From positions 1 to 64,000 of the forward strand of contig JBGQBE010000001.1 in NCBI GenBank assembly GCA_041494685.1: a DNA stretch of 64,000 nucleotides, written 5' to 3'. A program made the position numbers and the translations under genes. Within the stretch, counting starts at the first letter, position 1. Every line of letters starts with the position of its first letter. This stretch comes from Dehalococcoidia bacterium. GTDB lineage: Bacteria > Chloroflexota > Dehalococcoidia > DSTF01 > JACRBR01. A model generated the notes under the pieces. The model was not told the origin of the DNA. It ran no database searches and worked only from the letters and a program-made list of their open reading frames with translations. Shown piece after piece: positions 59,887 through 64,000 of the stretch.

Positions 59887-61965
59887 ATGCTGGACCAAGT
59901 ACCGCAGATGGAACAGGAAGAGCACCGGTCGGAGATCGCTCAGGCGCGCAAGTCGCGCACGTCGATCTGGAACGGGCCGATCCTGCGCCAGGCGACTATC
60001 GATTCATTCAAGAAGCTGAACCCGCGGCATCTGCTCAGCAACCCGGTCATGCTCGTCGTCGAAATCGGCGCCGTCGTGACGACCATCATGTTCTTGCAGG
60101 AGCTGTCTGGCAACCGGAGCGAACCCAGGTTCTTCACGGCAGCCGTGTCCGTATGGCTGTGGTTCACGGTGCTGTTCGCCAACTTCGCGGAAGCGATGGC
60201 GGAGGGCCGGGGTAAAGCCCAGGCGAACACGCTGCGGGCGATGAAGCGTGACACGACCGCAAAGCGCGAGCGCGATGGCCGCCTGGAGCAGGTCTCGTCA
60301 TCGGACCTGCGGATGGGCGACATCGTGCGCGTCGACGCGGGCGACGACATTCCCGGCGATGGTGACGTCATTGAAGGCGTCGCGTACGTCAACGAGGCCG
60401 CGATTACGGGCGAGTCGGCGCCCGTGCTCAAGGAGCCCGGGACCGACATCCGAAGCTCCGTGACAGGCGGCACAACGATCGTCAGCGACTTCCTCCGCAT
60501 CCGCATCTCCGCGAACCCCGGCGAGACGTTCCTTGACCGCATGATTGCGCTGGTCGAAGGCGCGTCGCGCCAGAAGACGCCCAACGAGATCGCCCTGAAC
60601 ATCCTGCTCGCGACCTTCACGATCATCTTCGTGCTCGCTGTGGGTACGATCCGTCCGTTCGCGCACTACGTGGGCGGCGACGTGACGACGACGGCGCTGG
60701 TCGCATTGCTCGTCTGCCTGATCCCGACGACCATCGGCGGGCTGCTTTCCGCGATCGGCATCGCCGGCATGGATCGCCTGGTACAGCGCAATGTGCTTGC
60801 GATGTCCGGCAAGGCGGTGGAGACGGCTGGAGACATCGACACGCTCCTGCTCGACAAGACGGGCACCATCACGTTCGGCAACCGCCTCGCCGCGGAGTTC
60901 ATCCCGGTCGGCGGACACAGCGAGCAAGAGCTGGCGCTGGCTGCGCTGCTGTCGTCGCTTGCGGATGAGACGCCGGAGGGGAAGTCGATCGTCACGCTCG
61001 CGCACTCCCTCGGCTACAACGGCGTGAGCGTCGACCCGAACGCCGAGCTGATCCCGTTTACCGCCGAGACGCGGATGAGCGGCATCGAGACGAACGGCCG
61101 GAGAGTGATGAAGGGCGCTGTCGACGCCGTATCAAGACTGGCGAAGGCGATCCCATCGGACCTCGAGCCGGCCTCGACGCGCATCGGCATGGCGGGCGGC
61201 ACGCCGCTCGCCGTGGTCGACGGCGACGAGGTGCTTGGCGTCATCTACCTGAAGGACACCGTCAAGCCCGGCATCAAGGCGAAGTTTGAGGAGATGCGAC
61301 GGGCCGGCATCCGCACCGTCATGATCACGGGCGACAACAAGCTGACCGCGGCGACGATCGCGGCAGAGGCCGGCGTCGACGACTTCGTCGCTGAGGCGAA
61401 GCCGGAGGACAAGATGCAGCTGATCCGCGACGAGCAGGCGAAGGGCCGCCTCGTCGCGATGACCGGCGACGGCACCAACGACGCGCCCGCGCTCGCCCAG
61501 GCCGACGTGGGCGTGGCGATGAACAGCGGCACGGCCGCGGCTAAGGAAGCCGCGAACATGGTGGACCTGGACTCCGACCCGACAAAGCTGGTCGAGGTCG
61601 TGGCCGTCGGCAAGCAGATGCTCATGACGCGAGGCGCGCTGACCACCTTCAGTATCTCCAACGACGTCTCCAAGTACTTCGCCATCATCCCGGCGATGTT
61701 CGTGGGCATCTATCCGCAACTCGACAAGATGAACGTCATGCGGCTGTCGACGCCGGAAAGCGCAATCCTGTCGGCCGTCATCTTCAACGCGCTGATCATC
61801 ATCGCGCTCGTCCCGCTTGCGCTGCGCGGTGTGACCTATCGCGCCGCGCCGGCAGCCGAGATCCTGCGCGGCAACCTGCTGATCTACGGTCTCGGCGGCC
61901 TTATCGCGCCGTTCATCGGCATCAAGCTCATCGACCTGCTGCTCGTGCTGCTGCACTTGAACTAG
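59887..61965 (+). CDS. kdpB: K+-transporting ATPase subunit B
   Basis: [31 protein letters not shown]. Confidence 0.97.
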   Translation: MLDQVPQMEQEEHRSEIAQARKSRTSIWNGPILRQATIDSFKKLNPRHLLSNPVMLVVEIGAVVTTIMFLQELSGNRSEPRFFTAAVSVWLWFTVLFANFAEAMAEGRGKAQANTLRAMKRDTTAKRERDGRLEQVSSSDLRMGDIVRVDAGDDIPGDGDVIEGVAYVNEAAITGESAPVLKEPGTDIRSSVTGGTTIVSDFLRIRISANPGETFLDRMIALVEGASRQKTPNEIALNILLATFTIIFVLAVGTIRPFAHYVGGDVTTTALVALLVCLIPTTIGGLLSAIGIAGMDRLVQRNVLAMSGKAVETAGDIDTLLLDKTGTITFGNRLAAEFIPVGGHSEQELALAALLSSLADETPEGKSIVTLAHSLGYNGVSVDPNAELIPFTAETRMSGIETNGRRVMKGAVDAVSRLAKAIPSDLEPASTRIGMAGGTPLAVVDGDEVLGVIYLKDTVKPGIKAKFEEMRRAGIRTVMITGDNKLTAATIAAEAGVDDFVAEAKPEDKMQLIRDEQAKGRLVAMTGDGTNDAPALAQADVGVAMNSGTAAAKEAANMVDLDSDPTKLVEVVAVGKQMLMTRGALTTFSISNDVSKYFAIIPAMFVGIYPQLDKMNVMRLSTPESAILSAVIFNALIIIALVPLALRGVTYRAAPAAEILRGNLLIYGLGGLIAPFIGIKLIDLLLVLLHLN

Positions 61966-61983
61966 GCGCTGGAGGAAGAGGAC

Positions 61984-62586
61984 ATGCTTCAGAACACGTT
62001 CAAGGACCTGCGGACCGCCGTCATCGCTTTCGTGCTGTTCAGCGCGTTCCTCGGACTCGCGTATCCGTACGCGATCACCGGCGTGGCGCAAGCAGTCTTC
62101 CACCGGCAGGCGAACGGCAGCCTCATAGAGCGCGACGGCCAGGCGGTCGGCTCGTCGCTGGTGGGGCAGAACTTCAGCGACCCGAAGTACTTCCACCCGC
62201 GGCCTTCGGCGGCCGGCGCGGACGGCTATGACGCCAGCGCGTCCTCCGGCTCGAACCTCGGCCCCTCAAGCCAGGTACTCGCCGATCGGGTGGCCGGCGC
62301 CGTCCAGAAGGTCCGCGACGAGAACGCACTGGCTGCGGACGCAAAGCTGCCCGTCGACGCGGTCACCACCTCGGCGAGCGGGCTGGATCCGCACATCTCG
62401 CCGGCGTACGCCGAGCTTCAGGTGGCGCGCGTGGCGCAGGTGCGGGGCATCTCGGAGGACGCGGTACGAACGCTCGTAGAGAAGTACACGGACGGCTCAA
62501 CCTTGGGCGTGCTCGGCGAGCCACGCGTGAACGTGCTTCGACTGAACCTCGCGCTCGATGACCTGGCGAGTGGCCGGACGCAATAG
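61984..62586 (+). CDS. kdpC: K+-transporting ATPase subunit C
   Basis: ANGS, YFHPRPS, SGSNLGP, SASGLDPHIS, VNVLRLNLALD. Confidence 0.97.
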   Translation: MLQNTFKDLRTAVIAFVLFSAFLGLAYPYAITGVAQAVFHRQANGSLIERDGQAVGSSLVGQNFSDPKYFHPRPSAAGADGYDASASSGSNLGPSSQVLADRVAGAVQKVRDENALAADAKLPVDAVTTSASGLDPHISPAYAELQVARVAQVRGISEDAVRTLVEKYTDGSTLGVLGEPRVNVLRLNLALDDLASGRTQ

Positions 62587-62595
62587 ACTGCGTGA

Positions 62596-63003
62596 ATGAA
62601 AGCCGATGTCATGAATGAGGTGGTCATCCTGAGCAGAGACGAAGCCGCGCTGATGGAGCTGGCGGTGGCCTTCCGGGGCACTCCGTATGAGATCACCGCC
62701 GTAGAGCCAGCTCGAGCGATGCCCGCCGCGACACGGTTGGCGCGGCGACGGCCCGCGGCGATGGTCGTCTCGCTCGACGGGAAGGAGAACCTCGCCGAGA
62801 TACGAGCGCTCCTTTCGGCGTCGCCGCTCACGCGCTTCCTGTTCCTCGTGCCGGGGATGCCTCCGAGCGCGGCGTTGTCTCGCGTCGTGAATGCATCCGG
62901 GGCGTCGATTCTCGCGGCCGCCGAAGCGCCCATCGTCGTTGTCGCCACGCTGGTCGCGCTGCTTGCCAGAGACGGATCATCCGACCACGGTGGTGTCCTG
63001 TGA
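62596..63003 (+). CDS. Hypothetical protein, possible pseudo-receiver domain
   Basis: Alternating beta/alpha pattern (VVIL...RPAAMVVSL...TRFLFL) without the phospho-Asp; GTGA overlap with the next gene. Confidence 0.6.
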   Translation: MKADVMNEVVILSRDEAALMELAVAFRGTPYEITAVEPARAMPAATRLARRRPAAMVVSLDGKENLAEIRALLSASPLTRFLFLVPGMPPSAALSRVVNASGASILAAAEAPIVVVATLVALLARDGSSDHGGVL

Positions 63004-64000
63004 CGGAAGGCGGCCGGCCCGACCCCGACGCTCTGCTTGCCCAGATCAAGCGCACTGAGCGTGCGCCCGACGGCCGGGGCAGGCTGCGCATCTTCCTCGG
63101 CGCGTTCCCCGGCGTCGGCAAGACGTACACCATGCTGAACGAGGCACACCGCCGGCGCTCGTACGGCGAGGATGTAGTCGTGGGGTTCGTGGAGACGCAC
63201 GGCCGGAAAGCGACACAGGCCATGGTCGAAGGCCTGGAAGTTATCCCACGCAAGCGGATCGAGTACAGGGGCGTGGTGATCGAAGAGCTCGACGTTGAGG
63301 GCGTACGGCGTCGGCACCCGGCCGTCTGCCTGGTCGATGAACTCGCGCACACCAACCCGCCCGGCTCCGAGCGCGAAAAGCGCTACGAAGACGTCGAGCT
63401 GATCCTGGACGCCGGCATCAACGTCGTGACCACGCTCAACATCCAGCACATCGAGAGCCTCAACGACAGAGTCGAGGCGCTGACCGGTGTCCGCGTCCGC
63501 GAAACGATCCCCGACCGCGTGGTCGATGACGCCGACGAAATCATCCTCATCGACCTGACGCCCGAGGGCGCGCGCGCTCGCATGGAGCACGGGCACATCT
63601 ATCCTCCGGCGCAGGCCGCCGCCGCCCTCCAGAACTTCTTCAAGCCCCAGAACCTCGCCGCGCTCCGCGAGCTCGCCCTGCGCCGCACGGCGCAGGAGGT
63701 CGATGAGCAACTCGACGAGTACATGCGCGAATCGGCCAAACAGCGCGTCGACGTCGAGGATCACGTGCTCGTCTTCATCGGCCCATCCGCGTTCTCTCGC
63801 ACGCTGATCCGGCGTGGTTGGCGCATTGCCCAGGGATTGCGGGCCGACCTGCTGGTCGCCTATCTCCGGCGCGAGATGAGCGAGCAGGAGCAAGCGGAGC
63901 TGGCGCGCACGCTCGAGCTCGCCGAGGACCTCAACGCACGCTTGTGCCCGCTGGACGGCGAGAACGAGGCCGCGGCGCTTGAAGGCTTCATCGCAGCTGA
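63000..64000 (+). CDS. kdpD: KdpD N-terminal domain + USP (runs off the window end)
   Basis: Not in the ORF track. GTG 63000: RPDPDALL...GRLRIFLGAFPGVGKTYTML...ETHGR...VDELAHTN...NIQHIESLND...LRELAL. Confidence 0.92.
   Translation, partial: MTEGGRPDPDALLAQIKRTERAPDGRGRLRIFLGAFPGVGKTYTMLNEAHRRRSYGEDVVVGFVETHGRKATQAMVEGLEVIPRKRIEYRGVVIEELDVEGVRRRHPAVCLVDELAHTNPPGSEREKRYEDVELILDAGINVVTTLNIQHIESLNDRVEALTGVRVRETIPDRVVDDADEIILIDLTPEGARARMEHGHIYPPAQAAAALQNFFKPQNLAALRELALRRTAQEVDEQLDEYMRESAKQRVDVEDHVLVFIGPSAFSRTLIRRGWRIAQGLRADLLVAYLRREMSEQEQAELARTLELAEDLNARLCPLDGENEAAALEGFIAA

Overview
High-GC bacterial chromosome segment, probably Chloroflexota (Dehalococcoidia-like). This is inferred from gene content: an acVLRF1 release factor, a small C-H-W/CxxC protein and a 'VGGIA' C-terminal tail. 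The window has three zones. (1) About 1-26.9 kb is an accessory, partly decayed region next to tRNA-Arg(CCT). It holds a Fic gene with palindromic operators, a serine-recombinase remnant reading into the tRNA, a GT4/GH130 sugar module, a candidate PD-(D/E)XK nuclease and an esterase. It also holds a complete Hyf/Ehr-type membrane-complex operon whose large subunit keeps both Ni-binding CxxC motifs, with a divergent ArsR regulator. The zone continues with gmd, a phosphotransferase, a cold-shock gene, several pseudogenes, an IS3 end and a tRNA-Pro-like att remnant. (2) About 27-51 kb looks like core genome: AKR plus a ChdC/HemQ-Rieske fusion, acVLRF1, GH13, a glutamine synthetase-like gene, a cupredoxin, SufR-like/Mrp/NYN genes, an aminotransferase, gatCA, PBP1A, a candidate pseudoknotted sRNA, tRNA-Leu and tRNA-Cys. 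(3) About 51-64 kb is accessory DNA downstream of tRNA-Cys: gene debris, a beta-propeller fused to a degenerate nuclease, and an elaborated kdp locus. That locus has a split KdpD, KdpE, a stand-alone receiver, a pseudo-receiver, three tandem 27-28 aa membrane peptides and shared CTGAC-N6-CTGAC boxes. All calls come from reading the sequence and recognising motifs; no database searches were run.
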